Origin: Caecitellus pseudoparvulus | Taxonomy: Eukaryota > Protista > Bigyra: Bicosoecida | NCBI GenBank assembly: GCA_965644315.1 | Contig: CBFFRQ010000035.1 | Location: forward strand, 49,277 to 113,276 | Length of the DNA: 64,000 nucleotides | Reading direction: 5' to 3' | Part shown: one piece after another, positions 12,050 through 24,052 of the stretch | How positions within the stretch are numbered: the stretch's first letter is position 1 | Layout: every line of letters starts with the position of its first letter | The notes under the pieces: model-generated | Databases searched by the model: none | What the model was told of the DNA's origin: nothing | The model's input: only the letters and a program-made list of their open reading frames with translations | Position numbers and translations under genes: made by a program

Positions 12050-15000
12050 ATGGCGAATGAAGTGCAGGCCATCACCCAGTTGCTGGGAGTGCCGCTGTGG
12101 AGCAGCAAGGGCGCAAGCCTCGCGACGCTGCCCAGCGCCTTCCCAAATGCCGCAGAGCACTGTGCCGGCGTCATGCCGCTGTTGCTGGAGGAGCACCGGC
12201 ACTCCCTGCGCCAGGCCCTGCAGATGCTGCGACCAGTGACGGCACCATACCATGTGCGTGTGCAGGAGGTGGTGGTGGACGGCAAAGGGCCGGTGCACGG
12301 CGAGGAGGGGCTGCAGACAGTCATGCGAGCAAGCTGCGTCGTGACGGGCGGCAGCAACGCTTCCTCAGCCGCCTGCGCCGCCCCCTCTGACGAAGAGGGC
12401 AAGACCATCTCCAGTGGGAAGCCCACTGCGACCCTGCGCAACTACAGCCTCGTGCTGCTCAGCCGGGACAACGTGCTGCCGGGGGAGAGAATCAGCAGCG
12501 CTGCAGGCTCGGCGTGGTGCTTGGGCTTGGTGGCTGGCAGGCCGTACAGCTGTCGAGTTGGCGTAGCAGCAGTGGAGGGAGGCACTGGAGTGTCGCCTCC
12601 TGGTGGCCAATGCTCCGTGTACGCGCTGGACTCTGCGCTGTCGGCGGCGGTGGAGGCTGGGCGAGGGCCAGCGCAAGGCGGCGTGAAACGCAGGCGAAAC
12701 TCCACTCGCGCGGACGGCGAATGGTTCATGTGGGAGCTGGGGCACGCCGTCACAGCCTTGCGGGAAGTGCAAGCGTTGCACGCGCTGCCCAAGGCAGCCC
12801 ACCCGTCCCTGGTGCACGCCATCGTCTGCGGCAAGCCCCAAGTGTCCGCCGGCGTCCTGCCCTTCCAAGTGGATGTGAGGCGCCTGTTCGTGGATGCGGC
12901 GCTGCAGGCGCGCTTGGAGGCGGCGTTCACCCCGGCCCAGTTCCGAGCCATCATGGCCGCCGCGCTGCCCGGCGTGCACCAGCCCAGCACGCCGCCCATG
13001 GATGCGGCCGGGGACACCGCCCCTCCACCGCCCCTGTCCCCCGTCTGCCTCATCCAGGGCCCCCCAGGCACCGGCAAGACCACGACGCTGGTGGCCACCC
13101 TCAATGCCGTGCACGTGAATGCGTACAACGCCTTCCACGAGACTCTGCTTCGAGGCACCAAGGCTGTGCAGGCGGCGCTGGCGCCACAACTCCAGGCAGG
13201 GCCCACCCCGCCAGGGGATGAGGCAGGGCCGGCGCCACCGCCCCCACCCACGCCCTCTGGTCCGTCAGTTGGGGACGCGCCCCCGCCGGATACCAAGCGC
13301 CCTCGCCCCAGTGTCCTGCGCCGGACGGCCACCCCCCCCGGCCCCAGCGTCCTGCAGAAACTGCTCGCCACACAAGCTGGGAGCAGCCGGCACGGCTCGG
13401 GCGTGCAGAGGGCGAAGTACGCCTTGAAGCCGTCGCCTGGCCTGCTGCACTGGCTCATGCGCGACGAGTCTGCGCTGGCGGACATCGGCACCCTGGTGCG
13501 CGGCAGCCTCAGCACCAAGCCTCGCATGCTCATCGTGGCGCCCTCCAACACGGCTGTGGATAACATCATCCGGCGAGTCCTGTCCACGAAGTTTCAAGAC
13601 GGCCATGGGATGCGGTACACGCCCCCCCTGCTGCGCCTGGGCCGCAGCAGTGACCCAGACGTGCGCCAGGCGGGCGTCGTCCTGCACACGCGGGTGGCAG
13701 CGTACATGGACATGCCCGATGACCGCCTGCTGGTGGCGGAACAGCGCCTGGCAAAGGATGTGCATGGATTGACTCAGGCGCTGGCCCAGCTGAAGCATGC
13801 GGCTGTCACGGAGTGCCGGCGGCAGGTGGCTGCTGCGTTGCAGAGGGGCGCTGGGGAGGAGGAACGGAGCGCTGTGGCGGAGGGCGTGGCGCAGGCACAT
13901 GCTGGGCATTTGCTCGACCTGGCCAAGAAGCACTTTGCAGTGGCGGCTGAGTTGCGTCGGCTGAAACTGGTGCGAAGGTGCCGGGCCAGTGGCGTGCGCG
14001 CTGACGTCGGCGCCGCCCGTGATGCGCTACGGCAGGAGTGCCTGGCTGAGGCAGAGCTGGTGTTCGCGACGCTGTCCAGCTCCGCGCGATCTGAGATCGG
14101 CGAGTACACCGACGCCTCTGGCCTGGCCTTTGACGTCGTGGTGGTGGATGAGGCTGGCCAGTGCACAGAGGCGTCTAGCCTCGTCCCACTGCAGCACGGC
14201 GCCCAGCAGCTGGTGCTGGTGGGCGACCCGCAGCAGTTGCCAGCCACCGTGCTGAGCCGAGAGGCGGCCGAGGCGGGCCTGGACCGCAGCCTGTTCGCAC
14301 GGCTGGCTGAAGCGGGTCACGTGGTGCACCTGCTGGACACGCAGTACCGCATGCACCCCGACATCGCAGCTTTTCCCTCACAGCACTTCTACGGGGGGCG
14401 CGTGGGCGATGCGGCCTCTGTGTGTGGGCCGGCAAGGCAGCAGCTGTGGCACGCCCTGCCCTTGATGGCCCCCCTGCGCCTGCTCAACGTCCGCATCGGC
14501 GCCGCTTCCACAGGCACCGGGGGCACGTCTTACTCCAACCTAGCTGAGGCACGGGCGGCACTGGCGCTGGCGGCAGGTCTCATGGCGTGGCGGGGCAGCC
14601 GGCCCAAGCGGGAGACCGATCCCGCCGACGCACCGGACCCCGTGCCACTGCAGTTTTCAGGCACCATCGGCATCTTTACGCCGTACGAGGCGCAACGAGC
14701 GCTGCTGCGCAAGCTGTACAAGGAGCGAGTGGCTGCGGAGGCGGCGGCGGGTGCTGCGTGGCCCACTGCTGCTGTGGACATCTCAACGGTGGACGGCGCC
14801 CAGGGGCAGGAGCGGGACGTCGTCATCCTGTCCACTGTGCGCACTGTCGCGCCGCCAGCAGTGGGGAAGCGCAGCCGGAAACGCAGCATCGGGTTCTTGA
14901 AGGACGTACGACGCATGAACGTCGCGTTGACTCGCGCAAAGTACGCGCTGTGGGTGGTGGCGTCAGTCACAGCGCTGCGGGTGAACCCGGACTGGGCCGC

Positions 15001-15112
15001 CTTTGTGCAGCACTGCGAGGCAGAGGGGGCTGTGGCAGCCCTGCACGCGCCTCTGAGGGACCCCCTGACAGCCACAGTGGAAGGAGGCATCATCAAGGAG
15101 CCAGCCGCCTGA
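12050..15112 (+). CDS. SEN1: SF1B Sen1/senataxin/UPF1-like helicase (no N-terminal HEAT region)
   Basis: IQGPPGTGKT, APSNTAVD, VVDEAGQ, LVGDPQQLPAT, SLF.RL, QYRMHPDI, TPYEAQ, TVDGAQGQERD and RRMNVALTRAK. Confidence 0.92.
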   Translation: MANEVQAITQLLGVPLWSSKGASLATLPSAFPNAAEHCAGVMPLLLEEHRHSLRQALQMLRPVTAPYHVRVQEVVVDGKGPVHGEEGLQTVMRASCVVTGGSNASSAACAAPSDEEGKTISSGKPTATLRNYSLVLLSRDNVLPGERISSAAGSAWCLGLVAGRPYSCRVGVAAVEGGTGVSPPGGQCSVYALDSALSAAVEAGRGPAQGGVKRRRNSTRADGEWFMWELGHAVTALREVQALHALPKAAHPSLVHAIVCGKPQVSAGVLPFQVDVRRLFVDAALQARLEAAFTPAQFRAIMAAALPGVHQPSTPPMDAAGDTAPPPPLSPVCLIQGPPGTGKTTTLVATLNAVHVNAYNAFHETLLRGTKAVQAALAPQLQAGPTPPGDEAGPAPPPPPTPSGPSVGDAPPPDTKRPRPSVLRRTATPPGPSVLQKLLATQAGSSRHGSGVQRAKYALKPSPGLLHWLMRDESALADIGTLVRGSLSTKPRMLIVAPSNTAVDNIIRRVLSTKFQDGHGMRYTPPLLRLGRSSDPDVRQAGVVLHTRVAAYMDMPDDRLLVAEQRLAKDVHGLTQALAQLKHAAVTECRRQVAAALQRGAGEEERSAVAEGVAQAHAGHLLDLAKKHFAVAAELRRLKLVRRCRASGVRADVGAARDALRQECLAEAELVFATLSSSARSEIGEYTDASGLAFDVVVVDEAGQCTEASSLVPLQHGAQQLVLVGDPQQLPATVLSREAAEAGLDRSLFARLAEAGHVVHLLDTQYRMHPDIAAFPSQHFYGGRVGDAASVCGPARQQLWHALPLMAPLRLLNVRIGAASTGTGGTSYSNLAEARAALALAAGLMAWRGSRPKRETDPADAPDPVPLQFSGTIGIFTPYEAQRALLRKLYKERVAAEAAAGAAWPTAAVDISTVDGAQGQERDVVILSTVRTVAPPAVGKRSRKRSIGFLKDVRRMNVALTRAKYALWVVASVTALRVNPDWAAFVQHCEAEGAVAALHAPLRDPLTATVEGGIIKEPAA

Positions 15113-15126
15113 TGCGGCCGGGCACC

Positions 15127-15441
15127 TCAAGCTGACTTGGCCTTGCCTTGCCCCAGGACTGGTGCGAGGGTGCTGCCCTCTGGCAGACGAGGGGACAGCC
15201 CATCCACCCCATCGTCCCCAATGCACTGTGCCTGCGGAAGGAGGGGGTGACCGTGACCAGTTGGCGTGGTGCTGCGTGCCAATTTCCGCCTGCGCCCCCG
15301 CACCTTGCGAGCCCCCATCACGAGCACGCCCGCACATATCGCCATGCCAAGCAGCAGGCAGGCAACAAAAAATGCACTGGTCCAGTCCACGCCCTCGTCT
15401 TCCCCCGCACCGAAGTGGACTTCCCGCCCCTTCGCGTCCAT
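15127..15441 (-). CDS. Small single-pass membrane protein (104 aa), hypothetical
   Basis: ATG ORF with a hydrophobic segment (AFFVACLLLGMAICAGVLVM) followed by a basic stop-transfer patch (RKVRGRRRK). Fills the gap between SEN1 and the lipocalin. Confidence 0.45.
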   Translation of the reverse strand: MDAKGREVHFGAGEDEGVDWTSAFFVACLLLGMAICAGVLVMGARKVRGRRRKLARSTTPTGHGHPLLPQAQCIGDDGVDGLSPRLPEGSTLAPVLGQGKAKSA

Positions 15442-15562
15442 GCCTCAGCCAAGTGCCAGCTGGGATGCAGCGCCTGCGCTTGATACCCGGCACACTCGCA
15501 ACTTATTTGCATTCCAGGGCGAGGTGGTGGCGCAGCAGTTGAAGCGAGTCGCATTTGCCTGC

Positions 15563-16442
15563 TCACTCCGACTGCGGGGGGATGGGCACGTACTCGCATT
15601 GAGACCCCTGCATGGTAGGCGTGGGGCGGTTCAGGGCGTTGGTGAAGCCCTGCTCCTTCAGGTACGTCAAGACGGCGGTGTTGTACTTGGCGCGGAAGGT
15701 GTCTGGGTCGCGGGCCAGGACGAAGAGGGACAGGTTCAGGGGGTCACTGACCACGGCGAAATCGTACAAGTTCTTGGGGCCGACGGGGGGGCCCAGCAGG
15801 CCCACCACGTACGGGGCGCCGAAAGGCACGCCCTGCAGGTGCACTGTCAAGGCGCCCGGGTTGGAGGGGTCAGTCTGGGAAGGGAAGGGGAGCAGCGGGA
15901 AATGCACGCGGCACACCCCGCAGCGCGCTCTGGCGCGGCACGCACCACCGCCGCCCAGCCGAGGATCTGGTCAAGAGCACCGGTGGGGCTCTTAAGACGT
16001 GCAGAGTTCTGCACGGACACGGTGCCATTTGGGAAGAGGCCGTAGTCTGCGGGCAGGGCGGGGGGCGGCCCCGTTGGCAGCAGTGACGTCACAGCGAGCG
16101 CCAGCTGACCCACTCACCAGCAGTCACGCAGTAGCTGTCGCCCTTGAAGATGGTCACGTTCTGGCTCACATCCGTGTACATTTGGTACCACCTGCCGAGG
16201 TACTGCTCCACATTGAGCTCTGCAGGGACCCAGTGCCGCGTGGAGGGCGTGTGACGGCCGTGGTGTGGGTGCCTGACGCAGGCAGCTCAGACCAACACGC
16301 CGCACAACGAAATGGCCCACTCACCAGGGACAGGCGCGACGCCGACACGCATTGCGTTGTTAGAGCCACGCAGACCGTTACTGAGAGCTTGGGAGCTTGC
16401 CAGTGTCGCGGCAAGGCCCAGCAGGATGGTGACGCCTTTCAT
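15563..16442 (-). CDS. Secreted lipocalin (ApoD/Blc-like); 4 exons
   Basis: Signal peptide MKGVTILLGLAATLASSQA; SCR1 ELNVEQYLGRWYQ; CVTADY; YDFAVVSD; SCR3 LFVLARDP; C-terminal Cys. Confidence 0.9.
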
Positions 16443-16558
16443 GCTGAAGCTGGGGAAAGTGCTGAATCTTCGGCTGGCTTGGCAAGCCGGAAAGGGGGAG
16501 GCAGGGCTACTCTAAGCAGTGATTGGGCACATGTCAAGCTTAAATTTGGGAGCCCTGT

Positions 16559-19500
16559 TCAAAACGCGTCGTGTTCGCCGCCGCGAGGCGTTTCCGGGTG
16601 TGTGGAGGGGGGCTCCTGACCCCCCTTGCGGCCCAGGCGCTCAACGGACTGGCTGGACGACGCGCCGGCCGATCGGGAGCGAATGGCGGACAGGGCATCC
16701 TTCAGCGCCTGGGCCTTGGTGGCATCAGCCTCTGCCGACTCGGCGCGCGCCTGCTCGTGCACGATGGCGTCCACAGCGCCGAGCGAGAAGCCCACAGCCG
16801 CAGCGGCGTCTGTCGACACGACCTTCTCAGCCGCAATGCGAGAGGCTCCAGAGGTGATGCTGGCTGCCACGGAGGCAGAGTCCGCCCACTCGCGCTCGCC
16901 CTCGTGCTCGAACTCGCTGCCCCAGTCCTCTGCCCCGCCGGGCGCCGATCCAGACCTGGGCAGGGTAGAGGGCAGGCTGGGCGAGGAGGAGGCTCCCTGC
17001 CGGGGGCGGGGCAGGGAGGCGGTAGAACTGGACAGGGCGACGATGGGGTGCCGCAGCTCTCGCTCAGAGAGCCAGTCGAAGTACAGGCGCCAGTCCACCG
17101 CCAGCGCATTCAGCAGCACTGCCACGGGCACGGTGAGGACGATGGGCCACCCGACAGCCTCGCTTTCATCGACATCCTCCTGCAGTGACTCCACTTCCGG
17201 CACCTCGCTGGTGTCAATGTGCCGCAGACGCGCGGTGGGCCCAGCGTGTGCAGGGCGCACAGAGCCGTCCAGGCCGGCCAGTGTGTGTGCAGGGGCACTG
17301 CCCAGCCTGGATGTCGGTCGGCGAACCCTCCCTCGACTGCCTGGTCGGCGGGTCGCGCCCCCAGCCCCCACCATGGCCTCCAGGCCTGCCGCAGAAGCAG
17401 CCAAGCGGGGTGTACCGGTGATGGCACCGCCTCTAGGCCTGGTGCGAGGCGAGCCTGCTCTGTGGGAGGATGGCTCGTCAGTGAACGCCGTCGGTGGGGC
17501 GGCGCTGGCGCTTGCGGGCGAGGGCGGCCCATCGTCCCACACACCGGGGCCAGGAGACAGAGCCCCAGTGGGAGTGTGCAACAGGGTCTGCTCTGTGTGC
17601 AGGCGCCGCGTGGGGCGGTGGCCGCCTGTGGATGCGACGGTCCTGCCTCTGGCTTGGGGTGGGTGTGGCCTGGCAGGCATCCCGCCTGTGCCAGCAGCGC
17701 CCCTGCTGCCGGACCTGGACAGGCTCTCCTGTGTGGGGGATGAAGCGGGCAGTAGCACTGCAGCTGCCGTGACTTCACTTGACTGCACGACGCTGGGGCG
17801 CAGTTGGTCGGCTTCGGCGTCACTGGCGGCAGCGGTGGTGGCTGTGTTGCGGGGCAGCGGCACGACGAGAGGTCGCTTGGAGGGCGGTGGCACAGCCTCA
17901 GTCGGCAGCACGGAAGCGTCCACCCCTGCGCTGCCCTGTGCCCGTCGCTGCTGCGCCAGGGCAGCTGCTGTGGTGATCTCACGGTGCACCTGCTCCAGCA
18001 ACCCCCACACATTGTCAGCCGACAGCAGGACGCCCTTCTGCACGGCACGTCGCAGAATGCGAGCGAAAATGCGATCCACACCTGACATCTCCGTCTTGCC
18101 CACAGCGATGGCCTTGGCCACCTCTGCGAAGATGGCGTGGCTGTCCAGCTGCCGCTGCAGCCGCACTGCGCGTGCCTCCAAGCGCACAACTGTCATGGGG
18201 TGTCCAGACGTAGAGCCCACTGTGGCGGAACAGGGCAGTGGCGCGTGTGGGGGGCGAACACAGCCACGCTGACACTGCGGCCTACGCACTGGTGGTCTCC
18301 ACGGCGTCGAACTTGGCCTTGTACCGGGCTGCCATTTCGTACGAAAAGGTGTCCAGGTCTCGCACGAGCTGCCGCGCTGCGGCGCCTGTGCTGCGCTGAA
18401 ACGCAGCAGCTGCACTCGTGACCTGCTTGTGCTTCTTTGCGAGGTTTTCGTCCACTTGCGCCTTGAAGGCGTCCAGCGCCGCCGTGTCCGTGGACATGGC
18501 GCTCAGCATGCCTGGCAGGAAGGAGGGGCTCTGGGTGCTGGGCGATTGGGCAGCTACGGGGGCGAAACGACAGCACACTCACGGGCCACGCGTTGCTCAG
18601 AGGTTCCTGGTCCGCTTCGTGCCGAGCGGGCTGAGCGTGCTGAGGCCGCCGCCGCTGCAGAGGCTGCTGAGCGCGTCGCAGTGCGAGCGGAGGCGGATGA
18701 GGAGGGTCGCGGACCCGCCTCTGCACCCTTACTGAGAGTGCTGTCATCCTTGCTCTCGCGGGCATCATCGTCAATATGCATGAAGGGGTGGGCCCATGAA
18801 GGGGGCGTGGGCCCAGACCCCCCGCCAGTGACTCGTCTCGGCTTGGCGTTCCACAGCGACCGCGTTGCGATGATGCGCTCGGGGCGGTAGGACAAGGACG
18901 GCGTGCGGTGCTCCTGTGAAGGGAGCGGGTGGCCTCATGTTAAAGGCCACCACGGTGCCAGCGGCGTTGCAGCACTCACGGGCATGCCGGGAAAAGTGTA
19001 CCCCAGAGCCACACGCCCGTCCACTCCCCGCTGCGCCGGCGTGTACATGGGCAGCTCCTCAAAGGCGCAGTACGTGGCAAGGGCCTCGTTGACACTGGAC
19101 GTCATGTGGCTGGCTGCAGTCTCGGCCAGGTGCTCCACCGTCGCCTCTGTCTGGGCCGTCTTGGCAGCTTGCTTGCGGCGTGAGGCGGCGTCCTCTGCTG
19201 CTCGCCGGGCCGCCTCCAGCTGCTCCAGACGGGCCTGCCGCAGTTGCTGGTGCTTCTGCACGCGCTGCTGATCATGGCTCACACCCGTGAAAGCGACACG
19301 ACCCTGAGAAGGAGCATGTGCGAGCAGTGCAGGGGGCGGCGAGCTTCAGCGCGACCTGCGCGTCGCAGCGACCGTCAAGGCCAGCCGACACTGGGGAGCC
19401 ATGCACGCACAGCTTCGAGGTCCCCTGCTGCTGTCGGGCGCATGGTGTCCCGTTCGTACATGGTGGGCGGCAGTCGTGTCGTGCTGGACACGTTGGCGAG

Positions 19501-19689
19501 CTGCCTGGGCACGGCAGTGGCGCGTGCGGAACTTGAGACATATCGCAAGCGGTCATTGCTCTCCTGCAGGCGCCGCCGCAGTTCATCGAAGCCCACGTCA
19601 GCGTTGCGCCTGGAGGACTTCTTGACAGGTGCCCGACCAACCACTGTGACTTGCGTCGTGATGGTCTGGGGCCGTGTGCGCGCAGCCAT
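16559..19689 (-). CDS. Large uncharacterised low-complexity/coiled-coil protein; ~5 exons
   Basis: Successive minus-strand ORF segments (19689-~19410, ~19305-18980, ~18890-18585, ~18530-18290, ~18220-16559) are joined by GTGCGT/GTGAGT...CAG introns and include E/R/A-rich helices. Exact junctions uncertain. Confidence 0.6.
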
Positions 19690-19908
19690 GGGTGCGCCCT
19701 GGCTTCACGGCAAGAGTTGCGTGTGCGTGTGCAAAGCGGAGCGCGCCCAGTGCAAGCGAGCTGAGGGCAAGGCAGGCGCACACAGGGCCCGTGTAATGCA
19801 ACGTGGATTCCGGGACACGGAAGGTTTTGTGGGGCGTGAGGGCACCGTGTGCCGAGGCCACCCAGGCACCCCGTATGCACCCAAACAGAGAGTGACGCGC
19901 ACTCCTCT

Positions 19909-20334
19909 TCAGAAGTACATGAAGAGGCTGCACAGCAAGCCACTGAAACAAGTGTACAGGAGCACCATGGACAGCATGCGGAAGATGGAGAAGTTGTTGC
20001 GGTTGGGCAGGGTTAGGTAGACGAAGGCGAACCAGAGCCGGGCCATGGTGACTCCCAGGATCAACAGGGCCGTGGTGGAGTCAATGTGCCCACCCCACTT
20101 GGCAGTGGCTTGCACGTGCAGGGCAAGGCAGACCAGTGCGATGATGGGGCTCCACTCCACCGTCAGTTCCTGCAGGCGGTGAGCCTTGGACCACAGGGAC
20201 GTCGGGTCAGCTGCCGCGGCCTTGGTTGCAAACTTGTTCACGCGCAGCATGGAAATGCCAAACATGCTCAGGAGCACCATGCCGGCGTGCACCAACACAT
20301 CGGCCAGCGCGGGCTGCTGCACGAGGGCTTGCAT
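19909..20334 (-). CDS. Small 4-TM membrane protein, MAPEG-superfamily-like
   Basis: 141 aa with four hydrophobic helices. KAHRLQELTVEWSP resembles MAPEG R.H.N..E..P, followed by G...AR in TM3 and R......Y in TM4. Divergent. Confidence 0.55.
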   Translation of the reverse strand: MQALVQQPALADVLVHAGMVLLSMFGISMLRVNKFATKAAAADPTSLWSKAHRLQELTVEWSPIIALVCLALHVQATAKWGGHIDSTTALLILGVTMARLWFAFVYLTLPNRNNFSIFRMLSMVLLYTCFSGLLCSLFMYF

Positions 20335-20842
20335 GTTTCTCTGTGCGGCTGCGGAAGGGTTGCGGGAATCGGTCACAGCCGTGAATGGTCGGTGGCCTTG
20401 AAGGACAATGGGAGGGCCAAGGACTGATCGTGGTCAGTTGTGGGTAGTGCGTGGCTGGAGAGGGTGGCAGTTGGTTTGTACGGGGCGAGCAGGACTGCTG
20501 TGTGGCGCCGCTCAGCTGACGAGGGGCGGTCTCAGCTGGGTGGTGCTTGGCGGGGTGGGTCGGGGAAATACACCCGCGACACCCACACGCCTCCCCCAAG
20601 ACAACGGACACCTGCAAGGCTTCCCCCGCCCCTCTGCTCGGCAAAATCAACAAAGAGGTAGTCGTGACCAAGCTGCATCTCCCTCTTCTGAATCAGCCCA
20701 CAGGCACGCGTGCGGTTGGGCAACTGTCCTGTCCTGCGAGCCCTGGCGCAGGCCAGTCCGCCAACATCCGCACGAGCGTTGCCTTCCCACCCACGACGCT
20801 AGCAGGAAACACAGCACTCGACACCGCACACGTCCAGTCAGC

Positions 20843-22723
20843 ATGTGTCACACGAAGGAGGGGTACGCCTGCTGCAGCCCCACCCTGGCAGCTGTTGGCG
20901 CTGCCCTCTTGGCAGTTCTGGCTGGCGGGCTTGGTGTGGCGTCATGGGCAGTGCCGCACGCGTTGCGGAGGGCGCTGGACGCAGGCGTGCACAAAAGCTT
21001 CACTTACGAAGAAGGCAGCTCCATCTTTCCTGTTTGGAAGAGCGACCTGTCTGCTGACGCGCCCACGGTGCACTTTTACATGTGGGGAGGTCGCATTTGG
21101 GTGGGCTTCAATTTCCGCGAACAAACCTGGCCCGCCATGCCACATGCAGGCATGTTTTCAACGTGACAAACCCACTGGCGGTGCAAGCTGGCGCAAAACC
21201 ACAGCTAGATGAAGTGAGCAGGCAGGCGCCGCACGTGCATGGCCAGCTCGTGACACCGCACCACCCGCCTGCGATGGCAGATTGGACCTCTGCGCTTCAC
21301 CTACGCCACTGAGCGGCTGAACATCACATTTTCGGAAGACGGCGACCTTGCCACGTACTGGCTGTGGCAGTACTACATCCCTGAAGATGCTGCCACAGAG
21401 GCACTGCTGGAGCAGCCCCTGAACCAGGTGTACATGCCCTCTCAGCTGTGGGGGCTGCAGAGCGCGACAGACAAGACTGCATTGGGCCTCCTGAATGCCT
21501 CCGCCGTGGAGTACGGACAGGCGTACTTGTTCCGCACCAAGACCATCCGTGAGGTGCTGTTCGGATACTCAGACCCCTTTGTTGACTACCTCTCTGCCAG
21601 TGCGCGGGCAGCTTCGCCTGGCGCAAACCTGCCCAAGGCATTTGCAGGCATTCTGCCCAACATGACCACTGCCGCAGAAGTGATGAACAAGACAGGCCCT
21701 ATCACCCAGTTCACGGGCAAGTTCACGCGCTTCCGGGCGTATGAGTACACGGAGTGGAACGGCAGCCCCACTCTGCGGTGCTGCGCTGCTGGCCCCTGCC
21801 AAGGCAACCCCACGCCAGCCGAAGGGCCATTCCCTGCATGGAGCAGCGATGCAGCGAACATTGTTCGTGGCACGTATGGAAGTCAGTTCCGGCAGGGCCT
21901 GCAGAAGGGGGACACTGTGTACGCGTTTGAGGACAACTTGCTGCGGCCCGTGGCGTTGAAGAATTACGGTGGGCAGGTTGTGACTCATCGAGGCATTGAC
22001 ACGCTGCGCTTCAGCCTGGACACAGACCTGCTGCAAAATGTCTCCCTGAACCCCGCCAACGCCCAGTGGAACATGACTGGCCCCTCCGGCTTGCTCCCCG
22101 TCGGCGGCTGCCAGCAGGGTGTGCCTGTGTTCCTGTCCAAGCCACACTTCCGTGATGTCAGCCCAGCCGTGCCTGCTGCCTTGTCAGGGCTGACGCCCCC
22201 ATCCGACGCCGACGAGACAATGCTGGATGTGGAGCCGGTGACGGGCGCCACCATGTACGCCCACGAGCGCCTGCAAGTCAGTGTGCACCTGAACCCCAAC
22301 TACACCTGCTACAACGCCAGCGACTGGCTGAGACCAGGCGGGCCGGCTAGCATGCCTTGCTGGCCCGCTCTTCGCCCAGTGTACATGCCCATCGTGTGGG
22401 TGGACCGTTGGCTGGAGCTGTCCGAGGCCAACGCTGCCACGTACAAGAAGCACATTGGCGTGGTGCTGGAGGCAGAGCGTGTCATCCCGTACGCAGTGCC
22501 GGCGACAGCTGCTGCGCTGGCAGCTGGTGCCGTGGTGCTGCTCCTCTTGCTGGGCCTGCGGCGGGCCGCTGTGCTGCGGGAGGAGCTGGAGGTGGAGGAT
22601 GGCGTCTGCTTTGCGGGGCGGCGGGGGGGGCAGCACCCCCCTCGCAAGGAGGAGCCTTGGGGGGGCATGGGGGACGCCAAGGCACCGTACACGTCATTGA
22701 ACGACGGCCGGGGATTCTTCTGA
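20843..22723 (+). CDS. CD36 / scavenger receptor class B (LIMP-2/LmpA-like); 2 introns near 21083-21149 and 21214-21280
   Basis: N- and C-terminal TMs; spliced VFNVTNP...GAKPQLDE-IGP; GYSDPF, GT.GSQF, PVFLSKPHF, LDVEPVTG...RLQ and MPIVW. Confidence 0.92.
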
Positions 22724-22767
22724 CTGGCCTTGGGCGTCCTGCTCGCGGCAGGGTTGGGCGGAGCGTT

Positions 22768-22777
22768 CAATGCATTG
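22768..22777. terminator. Palindromic CAATGCATTG, candidate bidirectional 3'-end/poly(A) signal between convergent CD36 and GRX3
   Basis: Reads AATGCA on both strands, 45 nt after the CD36 stop and 3 nt after the GRX3 stop. The same hexamer class follows 14 stops in the window. Function inferred. Confidence 0.5.
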
Positions 22778-22779
22778 CC

Positions 22780-24052
22780 TCAAGCGGCCAGCACGTCAGC
22801 CAGCTCGCCGTCCTCTTGCAGTTCCTTCATGATGTCCAGGCCGCCCACCAGCTCGCCCTTGGCGTACAGCTGTGGGTAGGTGGGCCACTTGGAGAACTCC
22901 TTCAGACCAGCCCTGACGTCAGGGTCGCTGAGGATGTTGAAGGTGGTGTAGTTCGACACGCCAGCCTGTGCCAGCACTTCAATAGCAGAGGCAGAGAAGC
23001 CGCACTGGGGCGCAGCAGGTGTGCCCTTCATGAACAGCACGACGTCAGAGGCTGTGGTGAGGCGCTTCAACTTGTCCTGCAGTGACTCACTGCCCTGTGT
23101 GCTTGCGGAGCTGGCGGGAGCGGGGGCGGGGGTGGGCGCCACGGCCAGCGTGGAGGCCAGCTCGCCGTCCTCCTCCAGCTCCTTGAGAATGTCCAGGCCG
23201 CCCACCAGCTCGCCCTTGGCGTACAGCTGTGGGTATGTGGGCCACTTGGAGAACTCCTTCAGCCCAGCCCTGACGTCAGGGTCGCTGAGCACGTCGAAGC
23301 TGGAGTACTGGATGGAGTGGCGGGCCAGCAGCTCCACACACGCCCGGCTGAACTTGCAGCGAGGCGCCGAGGGCGTCCCCTTCATGAACAGCATCACTGC
23401 AGCTGCCGTTGTCAGGCGCTTGAGCTTGGCGTGCAGAGCTGCCGCCTTGTCCTGTGAGGTGTGGAGGAGGCTTTGTACAGGCGTCGACGGAGCTGGGGCT
23501 GCGTGAGAACACATCAGACACGCACCTCCTGTGTCAGCACACGGGCTCGCCCCTCCTGGATGGCCTTCATGATGTCAGCGCCATTGCCCCCCTCCACGGT
23601 GCTCAGGGTGATACCATTCTGCGACGTGCCGACGCGGAAGCTGTTTGCCGGAGCAAAGCAAGCTACTGGGCCGAGTGCCGTCCACGCACCTTGATGAAAA
23701 CAAAGAAGGGAACGCTGGACACCTCGTACTTGTCCACTATGTCATCTGCGCCCTCGGCATCCACCTGCAGGGGACAGGGTGCACTGAGGTGTGTGCCAGG
23801 CACGCTGCCAATTTCCGCAAACGAGCCACGCACTTTCAGGAACGCCACGTCCACGAACTTGGCAGCGAGGGACTGCAGCAGGTTGTCCACTTGAGAACCG
23901 GGCAGGGAGGCCTCGTGGAAGCTGGCCCAGAAGAACAAGACGTGCAGCTTGTCGGGGCTGGCCTGCACGCTCTTCTCCAGCTCTGCCAAGCTGGCCGTGC
24001 TGCCTACTTTGCCGGGCTGCACGCTGGCGCCGGCGGAGCCTTCAGCAGCCAT
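22780..24052 (-). CDS. GLRX3: Multidomain monothiol glutaredoxin (Trx-Grx-Grx; GRX3/PICOT/GRXS17 type); 4 exons
   Basis: Trx-like domain FFWASFHEAS...VPFFVFIK; two Grx domains LFMKGTP..PRCKFS and LFMKGTP..PQCGFS, each with WPTYPQLYAKGELVGGLDI. Confidence 0.95.
22832..23289. repeat. Internal direct repeat: 22832-22932 vs 23189-23289 (99/101 nt identical)
   Basis: Manual alignment shows 2 mismatches at an offset of 357 nt. The repeat encodes the C-terminal halves of the two Grx domains. Confidence 0.9.

Noticed and set aside
15441-15565. Lipocalin spliced or read through onto the downstream TM ORF (membrane-anchored lipocalin)
   Set aside because: An in-frame TGA lies two codons upstream of the small ORF's ATG, and an AATGCA element follows the lipocalin stop, so two genes are more parsimonious.
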